64,000 bases of DNA, from contig NC_043006.1 in the NCBI RefSeq assembly GCF_006345805.1, positions 66,526,001 through 66,590,000 on the forward strand, written 5' to 3'. Numbering within the stretch: position 1 is the first letter of the stretch; every line of letters begins with the position of its first letter. Source of the DNA: Octopus sinensis. Taxonomy: Eukaryota. The notes under the pieces were generated by a model. It was not told where the DNA came from and did no database searches. It saw only the letters and a program-made list of their open reading frames with translations. Below, piece by piece: positions 39,947 through 52,494 of the stretch. The translations under genes and the position numbers were made by a program.

Positions 39947-40350
39947 ACTAGCAGCATAGCCCGGCGTTGCCCGGGTATGTAAGAGCCCCTAGTAGGCAAC
40001 GACTAATCCCAATCTAGTTCTTTCTCTCTAGGAAACGAAGGCGCATGTGTAGGTTGCAATGTCTTCTCTTCACTGGAATACTTCTAGGTATACGATGTTC
40101 CTAGCTGTCTCCCGACAGAAAATGTGTTGCATATAAAAAGCTTAGATTCTCGACCCCCATGTCGAATTTATCGATTTTTCTCAGAACTGGGGGAACTTTT
40201 CAAAATTTTCGCTGCGTTAGTTTTGAATTATGACATTGGGCTATGTGTGTGTCAAGTCTCATTAGAATCGGTTGAAAGCCGTGGTCAGGGTGAGGGTAGA
40301 ACCTGACAGCCACACAGACAGACAAACTGCCGTTTATATATATAGAGATA
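39947..40350 (+). mobile_element. Non-autonomous Helitron-like element (ACTAG...hairpin 5' end, ACAGACAGAC..TTTATATATATAGAGAT 3' end)
   Basis: 5' ACTAGC followed by the hairpin GCCCGG..CCGGGT (39959-39976); the 3' end has an ACAG repeat then ATATAGAGAT. The architecture resembles Lep1/DINE-1-type elements (by eye). Confidence 0.55.
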
Positions 40351-40559
40351 GAGATATACATATATGTATATGTATATGTATATATATATATATGTTCATA
40401 TATATGCATATATTTTATATATATATGCATATGTATAAATATATGTATATATGTATAAATATATGTTTATATATGTATATTTGTATGTATATATATGTAC
40501 ATATTTGTATATATATATGTATGTATATATGTGTGCATAGATATATGCATGTATATATG

Positions 40560-40603
<44 letters not shown>

Positions 40604-41701
40604 ATATATATGTATGTATATATATATATGTATGTATATATATATATATATATAATATATATATATATATGTTCATATATATGCATATATTCACAACCAC
40701 ATACGCACACACCACTCACTCAAATACATGCATATATAAATTGCAATAAAGTATTTCACAAAAGATGAAACAAAACATTTTTATTTTGTGTCAACATTTT
40801 TTCTCCCGTACATTCATTTATTTACAAAGGAGACAAAATTTCCACAAAAGTCTCCGCGGATGACGTCATTACCTACAAAAGAAGATTTCGCACATTTATC
40901 TGTCTGTATCTATGTATGAAGGACAGGGGGAAAGGAGGTGAGAGCAGCACAGACAGATTAGATACCTCTGGAGCCAAGGGAGATAATCAGTGCGGTTTTG
41001 TTTTATTTCTTTTGTAGCATTCTTTTTGTTTTCATATTTTTCTTTATAGCGTCCATGTTGAAAATTTCCTTTCATAGATTACAACAAAATTGAAAATAAA
41101 ATACATTATCTTCAATTAATGTTTGGTTTTATTTTTATTCTTTTCAGAATTGCTGCTTTTGCATTTGTAGTTGTCGTTGTTGTTGACGACATCGTTGCTT
41201 TTATCGCAATGGTAATCACTGTTGCTGTTGTCGTTGCTGCTACTGCTGTGGTTGTAGTTGTCACTCATGTCTTTCTTCGTCGTCGTCTTCTTCCTCTACC
41301 TACTTCTCTACATCTTCCCCCTTTATTTATTTTCTTCCCATATTTAATTTACTCCCACCATCATCATTATCGTCATCATCATCATGATCAACATTATGAT
41401 CATGCACATTTTTTCTTCTTCTTCCACTACTTCTACTACAACAACTACTACTACTACTGCTGCTGTTGCTGCCACTACTACTAATCCTTCTCAACCACCA
41501 GCAACAGTTCCAGCATCACCACCACAATCACCACCTCCACTACCAACACCAACCACCACCACCACCACCACCTTTGTTTTTGAACTAATCTTCCCACCAT
41601 CACAACAATAGCTAACATTTATACTTGTAACTTCTTCTGATGTCCCCTCATCCGCAGTCGCTTTGGAATTAATAATAATAATGATTTCTTTTATAATAAG
41701 G

Positions 41702-41763
<62 letters not shown>

Positions 41764-41767
<4 letters not shown>

Positions 41768-42320
41768 GCCCTGATGCAGTACCAGGCAGTGGCTCTCATG
41801 TCTTTTGATCTTAACTGATTGGAAGTGTTATCATGTACATTGTTTTGTCTTGGTATAAAAGATGGGCAACAGCAAATATTCTGCTCAATACCACAGATTT
41901 GCTTGTCAGTTGTTTGACCTTAACCAGTTGAGCATGTCCCTTAGTGGCTGACGATATGTGCATCTCTGATCACGAGCAGAAGTAGTGGGGGAGCATCATA
42001 GCCATGTGTTGAGAGGGATTCTTTGGGGTTTGAATAATTCACCTCTGGAAACATGGGTGGTTCTTTCAACATCCTTAAACAACCCTTATTCAGGGACCTT
42101 TTGAGCAGGATGGTCTACTCAACCTGAAGAAAATTGTAACTGGGCCCCACCTGCAGGTGATGCGCTGTTTATCTTGATATGAGATCACCATGTCGCGCAC
42201 ATATGGTTGTGATGCATGTGCCTGGTGTACCTTTATCAGACGGGTAGTCATGATGGGTATATTGGGCTTCGTATATTTTACCCCAGTGTTACTTTGATGG
42301 CATGAACTGCTCTCTCACTC
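41764..42320 (+). mobile_element. Family E repeat, full-length, (TAA)n on both sides
   Basis: (TAA)n-AAATGCCCTGATGCAGTACC...GCTCTCTCACTC-(AAT)n. Confidence 0.92.
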
Positions 42321-42344
42321 AATAATAATAATAATTTTTTTGCT

Positions 42345-42500
42345 ATAGACGCAAGTCCTGAAATTTGGGGAAGGGGACTACTCGATAACATCGACGCCAG
42401 TATTTCACTGGTACTTAATTTATCAACCCCGAAAGTATGAGGGCAAAGTCGACCTCGGCGGAATTTGAACTCGGAACGTAGCGATGGGCGAAATACCCCT
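42345..42500 (-). mobile_element. SINE family A fragment
   Basis: GGCAAAGTCGACCTCGGCGGAATTTGAACTC. Confidence 0.8.
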
Positions 42501-42515
42501 ATAATCAGCTACTGG

Positions 42516-42954
42516 TTTTCATGGCCTCTCGTTTAACTGATTGGAAGTTTTATCATTTACATGTTTTGTCTTAGTATAAAAGATGGGCCACTGCAAATAA
42601 TCTGTTTAACATCACAGATTTTCTTGTCAGTTGTTTGACCGTAACCAGTCAAGCATGTCCTTGATAGCTGGCAGTATGTGCATCTCTAATCACGAGCAGA
42701 AGTAGTGGGGGAACATAGCTATGTTTTGAGCTTCCTTAAACAAATCTTATTCAGGGACCTTTTGAGTGTGATGGGCTACTCGGCCTGAAGAAAATTCTAA
42801 CTGGACCTCATCTGCAAGGCCGTGCGCTGTGTATCTTGATATGAGATCACCATGTCGCGCACATGTGGTTGTGATGCATGTTCCTGATGTACCCTTATCA
42901 GACAGGTAGTTATGTTGGGTATATTGTGCTTCGTATATTTGTACCGCAGTGTCA
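42516..42954 (+). mobile_element. Family E repeat, older diverged and truncated copy
   Basis: Colinear with 41764-42320, with deletions. Confidence 0.8.
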
Positions 42955-43499
42955 CGCAACAACAATAATAAAGAAGGCAATTGTATCTCACTCTGTTCAC
43001 TCTGGCTATTGATATCCAAATAATAATATGCCCTCGATATAATTGTTAAAGGGAACTCCGAACTTATTGTGACAGTATGTATGCTTCCTCGATGGAAACA
43101 AAGCACGCAAAGCGTATCATGGGTTTTACATTTATGAGTGAAAAACAGGCAAGGAGACGCAGAGAATCACACAACTGTTTAACGAATGGTGGCGCTGTAA
43201 TAAGTGTAAGGTATTTCAAATAGCACTGTTAGAGATATTAATGAGGACTTTTACAAGGTACATTACAACTCCGAGTTAAATACGATATAGATGACGAGGA
43301 GTCAAGCCCTGAATATGTAGGGCATGTGACAGACAGAATATTAATAAAAACAGGGAACCAACGACGAACTTTTCGAAAATCACAACAGTATGGAAGATTC
43401 TTGGTCTGTTCAATCTCGACATGCTGAATAGAACTTATAGAACGAGCAATTTACGTGAATTACAAGCCCATGGAAGGAGATCAGATGATAAAATGTGCT

Positions 43500-43822
43500 G
43501 ATAAAATCTGCTCCTCAAAATTGTATAACATCTTGAGAAACCGTACACTGAGCTTCAAAACCAAAGATCTGTATATTGACCTGTTATGTCTACCCAGTGT
43601 TAATGTATAGAAATGAGGCATGGCTTGTAACATCAGAAATGAGGAGGTGCTTTGAGAGCTGAGAAATGCGGTTTCAAGGAGAATATTTCGGATAGCACAC
43701 TCAGATAGATAAGAAAAAGGGCTTGGAAAATTTAGCAGTGACCGGAAAGATTGAAGGGAAAAGTAAAAGAAGTAGAGGAAGGATGATATGGTTATCAAAC
43801 TTGATGAAATGGTTGGAAGGAA
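43500..43822 (+). pseudogene. RTE-clade LINE C-terminal fragment
   Basis: Frameshifted LYNILRNRTLSFKTK / CYVYPVLMYRNEAW / LENLAVTGKIEGKSKRSRGRMIWLSNLMKWL, a typical RTE 3' ORF end. Confidence 0.75.
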
Positions 43823-43850
43823 ATGTTTTTTGTAGAAACAGGAATAGTTG

Positions 43851-46700
43851 TCCCCTGTGTCTTCCTATATCGCTTCATCTTTCCGGCAGGGTCCTCATAT
43901 TTTTGTTTTCAATTTTTTTGCCATCCACTCTGGTATCATATGGCGTTGCAGAGTCTATGATCTCACACTGTTTGTCTTATTTTTTCCTCCTTTATGATCA
44001 TGTTCTCATCGCTTCAATATGAAGGTCAGTCTTTAAGCGGAAGTCCCATAAAATCCTGTAATACTTATTATCTGTCACAGCCTCTTATTCGTGTTCCTAA
44101 CACTTCCCTAATATTTCAAAGCCACACACCCAGCTAATATTCTAATGTACTCTTATGTACACTATTATACTTACTCTTATACTTTTTCGGTGCTACCTCA
44201 CTTCACTTGCTCAAGAGATGATTGATTCTTTCAACTCCTTTCCTGCAGATTCCACATTTTCAGTCTGACTGAGTTTTGTCAATATTCGCCTTTATCAGAT
44301 TTCTTCTAATTGTTTGTTCCCGAGCAGCTGCAATAAGCTCTTCGATATCTTATTTCAGGTTTACATCCGTCAGACACACCAACGCTTTTTACTGCCAACA
44401 TCATCGGTTACTTGCTTGAATTGGCCATGTAATTCCTTTCTTTTCCATCTGCTTTCTTTGCTGTTCCTCTATTGTTGAATTCGTCCGCTGTCCCAGTAAC
44501 TGGAAATGTCAAGCCGCTGATAGTATTCATTCTTCGTGGTGGTGCCCAGTGTGCATTGCGAGCAGTCTTTTAGTTCTTCTGTTCAAGTTCTGTAACTCGA
44601 TTCCTGTCCACTTTAGAAAGAGAGCAGAGTATCTTAGTCTCGAACAGCCCGTGTATTGTTTTAATGATATTCCCTCCATTTAATTTTGCTTTGAGCACTA
44701 TTCTAGTACTTCCTTTTGTCTTTTGTACTGTTTAGAGATTGTCTCTCTTATTTCTCATTCCGTTATCTTATCGTCTTGCAGCACCACCAGGCATTTGCAT
44801 CCCTCATTATTTCTTAGCAATCTAATGATTGTTTTGTAGTAATTTTATACAACCAGAATCTATTTTCCGTCTTCCTTTCATAATTGACACTGCACACTTA
44901 TCTACTCCAGGCTGCCTTCCAATAAGCTTGCTGAACACTCTTACCGTTTATACTAAAGAATCCAGGACTTTTTCACTCTTTGAGGTCATCCATATAAAGC
45001 ATTTTGTATTCAAGTTGGTTTTGGTAAAATTATAGGCAGGCCTAGATTTTTTCAGTATACTTTTCTATAGAATTAACGCAATGACGAAGAGAGCAACAAT
45101 CCTTAGAATATTCCTCTGCAAATGTTCACATTTCCTTACAAATCATCTGCGCATGTTAGTTCAACGTGCCACGCTTTCATCGCTTTTGCCAAAAAAAAAC
45201 TGTTTATCGTTCCACTGACTTTGAGCGTCCTGACGCAGTACAAAAGCCAGCAGAATGGAACATTGTCGTTAAATCTTTCTTTCTTACTCGTACTTTATTT
45301 TGAATCCGATCAGTATAAAACAGATAAGCGGTTCCCTTTGTCTTCTTTCTGAATCGCTTTTGTTCTAGCAATAAATTGACCGTCTCCAGAAGGCCATATG
45401 AGGCTGATCAATAATTTCCAAAGTAATGGTAAGCATGTAATAAGTCTATAATTATTGACTCTCCTTTCTTTGTCCATTTCTATCAGCATTGTCTTTCCTT
45501 TTGTCATCCATCTTGGCGTTCCATTTTCTATACACCAGTAAGAAACTGTCTTATATAGCTGTGTATACTCGGGAGATTTTGAGCCAGAATCACTAAATAC
45601 CATCCAATCCTAGGGCCTTTCAATTTGGTATTTTCATAATAATCTTTTTCGCTTTGTTATCCCCAAGAGTTATATTTTTCTTTTGCTCCATTTGTCCTCC
45701 TTTAAATTCTTACAACAAATCTGCTTTTATATTGTGTTCGACTGCTTTGCACCAAATTTCTTAGCAAAAGATTTTTGCTGCTTCAGAATCTGGCATATTA
45801 TTACGATGATGTTCTTCAACAGTTGGTATAATTTTCTGTGGTTTTTCCACAAGAGTTTATTCTACTGGCACTAGTTTTCTCACTGTTTTCTTATGTTAAA
45901 AAAAAATTGGCATTGCTTTTCTTCTTTTGTCTTATCTCTACTTTAACTACCTGCAGCACTTTGTGTCTATTTACAGTTCGCTCCTCACCATTTTTTTTTC
46001 TGTGGTTGCACTTATTCTTCCAATGTCTGTTCTCATATGTTCAAATTGTTACTCAAATCTTCGTTTCCAACATAGGACTTTGTTCCCTGTGTTTCTTTCG
46101 ATTATAACCCCGCCAATGTTTCCTACAGCAACAGACGCTGTGCACTATATGAAATCGTTTACATTTCTTTTTATTTTGAACATAGATTTTCATGAGCAGA
46201 TCATCCAAAATCACTACTTCATCTATTTTTCCTCTTTGTATTCATTTCAACGCTTGTTATCTCTTTCTTTCGTTAGTCCTTGTCTCATTCAGCTGTTGTA
46301 GTAAGCCCCTTTATTCCTCTGTAGCATTCATTCCTTGCGTAAAGTAAACGTTTTCTTCATTTGTGTTATGTCTTTCCTGTAGATTCATATTTGATTTATA
46401 TTTCCCTTTTTTTTGCCTCATGTAGTCATGTTTATAATCTTTATAATTGGAAGATTTATTATATTTACACGACTAAGTTTTTCTGGTCTAGAAGTAATTG
46501 TTTTGTACTTTGTAGACGCGTTTCTATAATAGCATTCCATGAGTTCCTCGAGTCTCCCTAGAGGTCATCCTGTATCAGGAGGACTACATCACTATCATCT
46601 TCTCCCCGCCGATTTTTTATTAACCTTTGTATACTATGCATGTCTTTTCCTTTTCATTGTTTACCGTGTATACTTACATTTTAGTTATTCATTTAAAAAA
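43851..46700 (-). mobile_element. Heavily decayed, long RLE non-LTR retrotransposon (R4/Dong-like)
   Basis: Colinear remnants on the minus strand: GKTMLI..NNYRLITCLPLLWKLL (RT N-terminal region), LYMDDLK (YMDD at 44985-44996), WKRKELHGQF, KYYRILWDFRLKTD and IIDSATPYDTRV (RLE). Many stops. Confidence 0.8.
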
Positions 46701-47080
46701 AATATAATTATTTTATCATTTAGTTACAAGTAAATACCCAGACTTTATGTCTGTCTTTGTATTGTCCTCTTCATCCTTCGCGCTGGTGGCAAATGAATGA
46801 AATTATCATTGTTATGATTATCATCATCATGAAAAATATGTGCTTTCCCTTGCTGGGTTTGATATGCGATGATCTCTCCACAGTCAGCAGACTAAGGTGA
46901 CACTTGGGGACAAGGGCTCTCATGCAATGATAATTTTCGTTGGTGTTCTATTTTTACATTCGTTCTCATCTTTTTCAGCTATGTTAGTAGTTGGCTCTAC
47001 TGGTATTATGTAATCTAGTGACACTCACTCCTGAACTTTCTAGCCTTGCGCCAAAATTTGAAACCGTTATTATTATTATA

Positions 47081-47140
<60 letters not shown>

Positions 47141-47142
47141 TT

Positions 47143-47400
47143 CACCTTATCACAGATTGTGTCGGAGACCCAAGAGTCATGCATGCGTAGCGGGCTTACT
47201 ACCTGCAGCCTACGATACCATGCTATCCGTTCTTTTCAGCTGTGCCAAGGAGACAAATCCTTTGTAACAGTTCTACTGGGCATTCTATTCCAATTTCCTT
47301 TATATCCCTCTTGATGCCTCCTGATACTGTTTCCAAGGACCCAACAATAATTAGCACCATCTTCACTTTCTTCCTTTTCCATAGCCGGGCTATTTCGTAC
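47143..47400 (-). mobile_element. RLE non-LTR 3' fragment with (TAA)n tail
   Basis: YEIARLWKRKKVKMVLIIVGSLETVSGGIKRDIKEIGIECPVELLQRICLLGTA; the UTR runs into (TAA)n at ~47065-47140. Confidence 0.85.
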
Positions 47401-47499
47401 TTACATTGTTTTTTGCAAAAAAATAAAAATAAATATATACAAAAATTCAAAAATAGGTACTCCGATACATTGTAAAGTCTTTGTGTATTTTGAGTTTAA

Positions 47500-48153
47500 T
47501 GATTGTTCACGAAAAAATTACCTTGAAGTATGGAAGTATTTGGGGGTATATTCCATCCACAACCCCAAAAATATCGAAGCATACACCACAATCATACAAA
47601 ACCTCAGTCTACTGTCAACAGACCCAAAAATGAAAAACATTATAAATACACACAAAATCCTCAAATGTAAAAGGCAACACAAATCTTTAAAAAAACTCTG
47701 GACAAATGCCAAACTTCACACACCACATCCACCCCAGCAGTTAAAAAATGTGCATGCCCAAACTGTGACACCTGCTCCTTCCTACTTGAAGGCTCTGAAT
47801 TTATCTTCAAACAAGGAACGAAGTTTAAAATCAAGACCAACTTCTCCTGTTCCACCGAGAACCTTATCTACGTTCTCACATGCGCTGGTTGCCAACATAA
47901 TTATGTTGGACAAACGAGCTTCCCGTTACGTAAAAGAGAAGCGGTGAATAAAGAACAAATAAATCTCCCGGAATACTGGCAAATCCCACTGAGTGACCAC
48001 ATAGACTCATGCGCTAAAGACAAAAATCCCAAATACTACATATTCCCCTTCTACCAATGTAAAGACGGAATCACCACACAGGAGAGAATTAACAAGGAGA
48101 ATCTCTTTATTGAAAAATTCAAAACGCATCTTAATATGCAAACTCCTCGTTGA
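47500..48153 (+). pseudogene. Penelope-like element linker plus GIY-YIG endonuclease fragment
   Basis: After a frameshift at ~47725 the frame reads VKKCACPNCDTC...NLIYVLTCAGCQHNYVGQT (47860-47916)...ERINKENLFIEKFKTHLNMQTPR*: Cys-rich linker plus GIY-YIG motif pair. Confidence 0.85.
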
Positions 48154-48272
48154 TCACACTTCTTTTTTCTACCTCATTCTTCATGGATGGACTAACACAA
48201 ATATATAAGGATACCATGCAGTCATCACCTCAAGCTAAAACTTATATTCTTTAAATATCATTATTATTATTG

Positions 48273-48316
<44 letters not shown>

Positions 48317-48343
48317 TCGTCTGTTATGCTCTAGCATCTGATC

Positions 48344-48383
<40 letters not shown>

Positions 48384-48430
48384 TTATTATTATTATTATT
48401 ATTTCGTCTGTTATGCTCTAGCATCTGATC

Positions 48431-48500
<70 letters not shown>

Positions 48501-48502
48501 TA

Positions 48503-48857
48503 CTGTCTTTGCACAGCTTCTAACGCTGGAGATGTACTACGGTGCCAGCTGTTCACTACCATTGAACTAAGATAACACCTCTTATTTTTCGAGCACCTTG
48601 CGGAGTATTCGAGCGGTTCCAAGCAGTGCTGTTTTCTGCAAGTGTTCCACCCTCATTGCAAACCCTATATGTCGGCAGTCTTGATGTATAATGCCGACAC
48701 ATTATCCAACGTCGATATTGGGCAATTCTGTCCTGTCTTGATTTGGATTCTACAGGTGCTAAAATCTTACACCCAGAGATTAAGTGGTGCAAGGTTTCAA
48801 TCCCATCGTTGCAATATCGGTACTTTGAATCTACTCCATTAAAAATAATTATCATCA

Positions 48858-48904
<47 letters not shown>

Positions 48905-49070
48905 GCCTTTTGCCCAGCTTCTAACGCTGGAAATGTACTACAGTATCTGCTGGAGATGTACTACCAGTGAACTAAGGTAACACCTCTTGTTTTTCGAGCA
49001 CCTTCCGGAGTATTCGAGCGGGTCGAAGCAGTGCAATTTTCTGCAAGTGCTCCACCCTTATTGCAGCCCT
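48503..49070 (-). mobile_element. Two RLE non-LTR 3' fragments in tandem, separated by (TAA)n
   Basis: 48503-48835 (CNDGIETLHHLISGCKILAPVESKSRQDRIAQY.. plus LAENSTAWNRSNTP-like C-terminus and UTR) and 48905-49070; same UTR as 32455. Confidence 0.8.
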
Positions 49071-49147
<77 letters not shown>

Positions 49148-49163
49148 TATTATTATTATTATT

Positions 49164-49587
49164 GAGTGAGAGAGCAGTTCATGCCATCAAAGTGACACTG
49201 GGGTAAAATATACGAAGCCCAATATACCCATCATGACTACCCGTCTGATAAAGGTACACCAGGCACATGCATCACAGCCATATGTGCGCGACATAGTGAT
49301 CGCATATCAAGATAAACAGCACATGACCTTGCAGGTGGGGCCCAGTTAGAATTTTCTTCAGGTTGAGTAGCCCATCCCGCTCAAACGGTCCCTGAATAAG
49401 GGCTGTTTAAGGATGTTGAAAGAACCACCCATGTTTCCAGAGGTGAATTATTCAAACCCCCAAAAATCCCTCTCAACACATGACTATGATGCTCCCCCAT
49501 TTATGACTATGATGCTCCCCCATCATGACTATGATGCTCCCCCATCATGACTATGATGCTCCCCCATCATGACTATGATGCTCCCCC

Positions 49588-49589
<2 letters not shown>
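49164..49589 (-). mobile_element. Family E repeat, truncated, ending in a 22-bp x5 tandem repeat
   Basis: Colinear with family E up to CATGACTATGATGCTCCCCCAT, which is repeated five times (49479-49589) before (ATT)n. Confidence 0.9.
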
Positions 49590-49650
<61 letters not shown>

Positions 49651-50742
49651 CCGCGTCGTCGTTTTTTCTTTGGTATTTACCGCAAACATATGCATTACAC
49701 AACGCTCACTTCAAAGAGTAGATGTTCACCCTTCATGCTAAACATTTTACCCGTTTTTTATTATTTTTTAAATTTCATTTTGAGTTATGGACTGGTGACA
49801 GGAAGACTGCCAAAACCCCATTTCTTTTCGCAGAAGAAATAGGATTATATTATTATTTCCTTTTGTCTGTGAGCATTTGTAGCAGACAGCTATTTGTAAC
49901 TTTGTGTGCCGTTGGTTGTGTATTCTAGGAATTCCTGTACTGTTTATGAAATTCTCAGGCAGACTCGATATGAAACTACGCAGATGTCTGACTGGTGCAC
50001 GAAACTTATGCAAGTAAAGTATTTCTCAACAAAATTCCTCCCGATATAATATATTGGTGGCTGAATATTTCTCAGAGACTCGAAACCCTTAATGCATTAC
50101 CGAGACAGAATTGGTACGAAACTGCGTAAATGGTTAAATATGATACAGCTACATGTAAACCAATGACAATTTTCCTGATGATACTGGAGTTTCGATTTAC
50201 AGGCACAGCACACCTGAATAGTTTTTACGCAGAATTAACTTCAGCACAACTCGGTAATGGATCCAGAAAATTAACTGGGAATCTGCTTCGGAAAATCAGG
50301 GAGATAATGGTTACCATTTGAAGCGCTGTTGCTGATGGTGTTGCTAATGCTATTGGTGTTTCCCCGCTGACGTTGCTTCTTTTGCTGGTGTTGCAGTAGA
50401 GTGATGCACGAAACATGTGGCTATGTCATAACTGGATTGGCTTTCATTTTAGCTTGGAAATTCGATCCATTCTATGGAAAAATTACGGTCTAAATTGCTT
50501 TCAGTTAAGACGAAATTTGATTGGTCGAATGTGATCACAAAATCAGGTATAGAATTTCTATATTTCTGCTTGACGTGTGCGTTTTAATGTCATACGACCG
50601 TATGAAAGGTAATATATGTATATTTGTAAGTATGTATGTATGTATGTATGTATGTATGTATGTATGTATGTATGTATGTATGTATGTATGTATGTATGTA
50701 TGCATGTATGCATGTATACACACACAAATATATATATATATG

Positions 50743-50834
<92 letters not shown>

Positions 50835-50900
50835 GTATATATATATATGTATATATATATGTATATATATATATGTATATTATATATATGTATATATATG

Positions 50901-51019
<119 letters not shown>

Positions 51020-51062
51020 AATAAATGGTGGGGTTGTGTTGACCGCACGTGGAGAAATGATA

Positions 51063-51326
51063 AGCAAGGAAAAATTGTAAAAAGGCAGAATGCTAAATTG
51101 AAAGAAAATTTTTATGAAAATGGGTGTATGGAAAAGTTTTTGAAAAATTGATAAAATATATATATATTAATTCAAACCGGTTTTCGTCATAATGTGACTT
51201 TTCAAGAATTGTAAAGAAAAGACATTTTTTTAAATGTGAGGAGGGGGAAAAAAGAAAATTACATTGTTTTTTCATTAAAATTTTCTTTCAATTTAGCATT
51301 CTGCCTTTTTACAATTTTTCCTTGCT
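51063..51326. mobile_element. MITE-like element with ~60-bp terminal inverted repeats
   Basis: AGCAAGGAAAAATTGTAAAAAGGCAGAATGCTAAATTGAAAGAAAATTTT vs AAAATTTTCTTTCAATTTAGCATTCTGCCTTTTTACAATTTTTCCTTGCT. Confidence 0.7.
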
Positions 51327-51334
51327 ATATATAT

Positions 51335-51590
51335 ATATATATACGTATATACATGCACACACCTACGCTGAACAATTGACAAATCTGCATTTACTCTATC
51401 GAGATTACAAGTCTAGGTTTATACGTGTAACTACTGGGGCTCTGGGATATGTAACACACTGCCTAAATACTAGTCTTCACAAATTAGGCTTCTCAAAACC
51501 AGAAAGGAGAAAACTAATTCGAAGACTACAGGTCCAATCCATTACTGGAACTGTAAAAATCTATAAAACTTTCCAGAAATTTATCATTTG
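51335..51590 (+). pseudogene. RLE-type non-LTR C-terminal fragment (second lineage)
   Basis: ORF ...FIRVTTGALGYVTHCLNTSLHKLGFSKPERRKLIRRLQVQSITGTVKIYKTFQKFII*; homologous to 12130-12345. Confidence 0.65.
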
Positions 51591-51789
51591 AATATGTTTG
51601 AGCATGTTTAGATATGCAAATATATGCATGGGAATACATACATAAAGCAAAATATACAAATCTGCACACATACATACATGCATACATGCATAATTGCATA
51701 CATACATACCAGTTTCACTTCGATCCGTAAGACTTAAAATTTCGCAGGCATGTAGGAGGAATACATCTCTTCTGAAATAAGGAGAAGTC

Positions 51790-52050
51790 TAATGGACTTC
51801 CGGCAAATTCACGATGGGTTCATCCTACGCACAAATCAGGTAGTTTTTGGAAAATCCTACACTCATGACATGGAAGTGTCTCAGGCTTCGTGGGAGAATA
51901 TACAGTAGCAGACCGTGCTGCTGTTTGCGTTACTTTCAACGCCAAAGCTTGGTACAAGGTCCTCCAGGATTTCCCAGATGTGTATCTCTACATATCTTTC
52001 CCGCCTTTGCACCAGGAAGTAGAGATTTATCTCTTTCAGTCTCTCTCAGC
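51790..52050 (-). pseudogene. CR1/L2-like LINE 3' ORF fragment (diverged)
   Basis: Minus strand ERLKEINLYFLVQRRERYVEIHIWEILEDLVPSFGVESNAN..; homologous to the copies at 61537 and 62305. Confidence 0.7.
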
Positions 52051-52494
52051 AGCTGATTCGTCGCATTGTGTCAATCTTCTTTGAATACACACACACACAG
52101 ACATACACACACACATACACACACACATACACACACACAAACACACACACACACACACACGTGCGTGTATGTATTCATTTACGCTTGATTCCTTAAGACT
52201 AGAAATGTTAAGACCTTCGTAATACTTAAGCCAAAACTAGAAAAGGAAACAAAATTTTATACAGGTCTTTCATACATTTATTCCTTATTTCTAGAATTCT
52301 TATTCAAACTGCTAGCTCCCCCAAATGTTATGAAGAAATGATTATCTCACTGTGGTTTAGATCAGTAATACCCAACCCTTTTATCTTTTACATTTCGCTC
52401 CGGTTTCATTCAAGACAATTCTGCGACAGTATGAAGTATTTGGCTCATAGCAAAAACAAAACAAATTGCATAATATATACTTTAATTATTCTTT

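Noticed and set aside
40860-40869. Perfect CRE palindrome ATGACGTCAT
   Set aside because: An isolated short motif with no promoter or gene context; expected by chance.
49479-49589. Short direct repeats as a CRISPR array
   Set aside because: No spacers, eukaryotic context, no cas genes; this is a minisatellite derived from family E.
50225-50480. Candidate host exon on the minus strand (acceptor TTTTTCCATAG; Q/N/S-rich frame)
   Set aside because: The frame from the acceptor stops after 16 codons, with no homology recognised and no partner exons.
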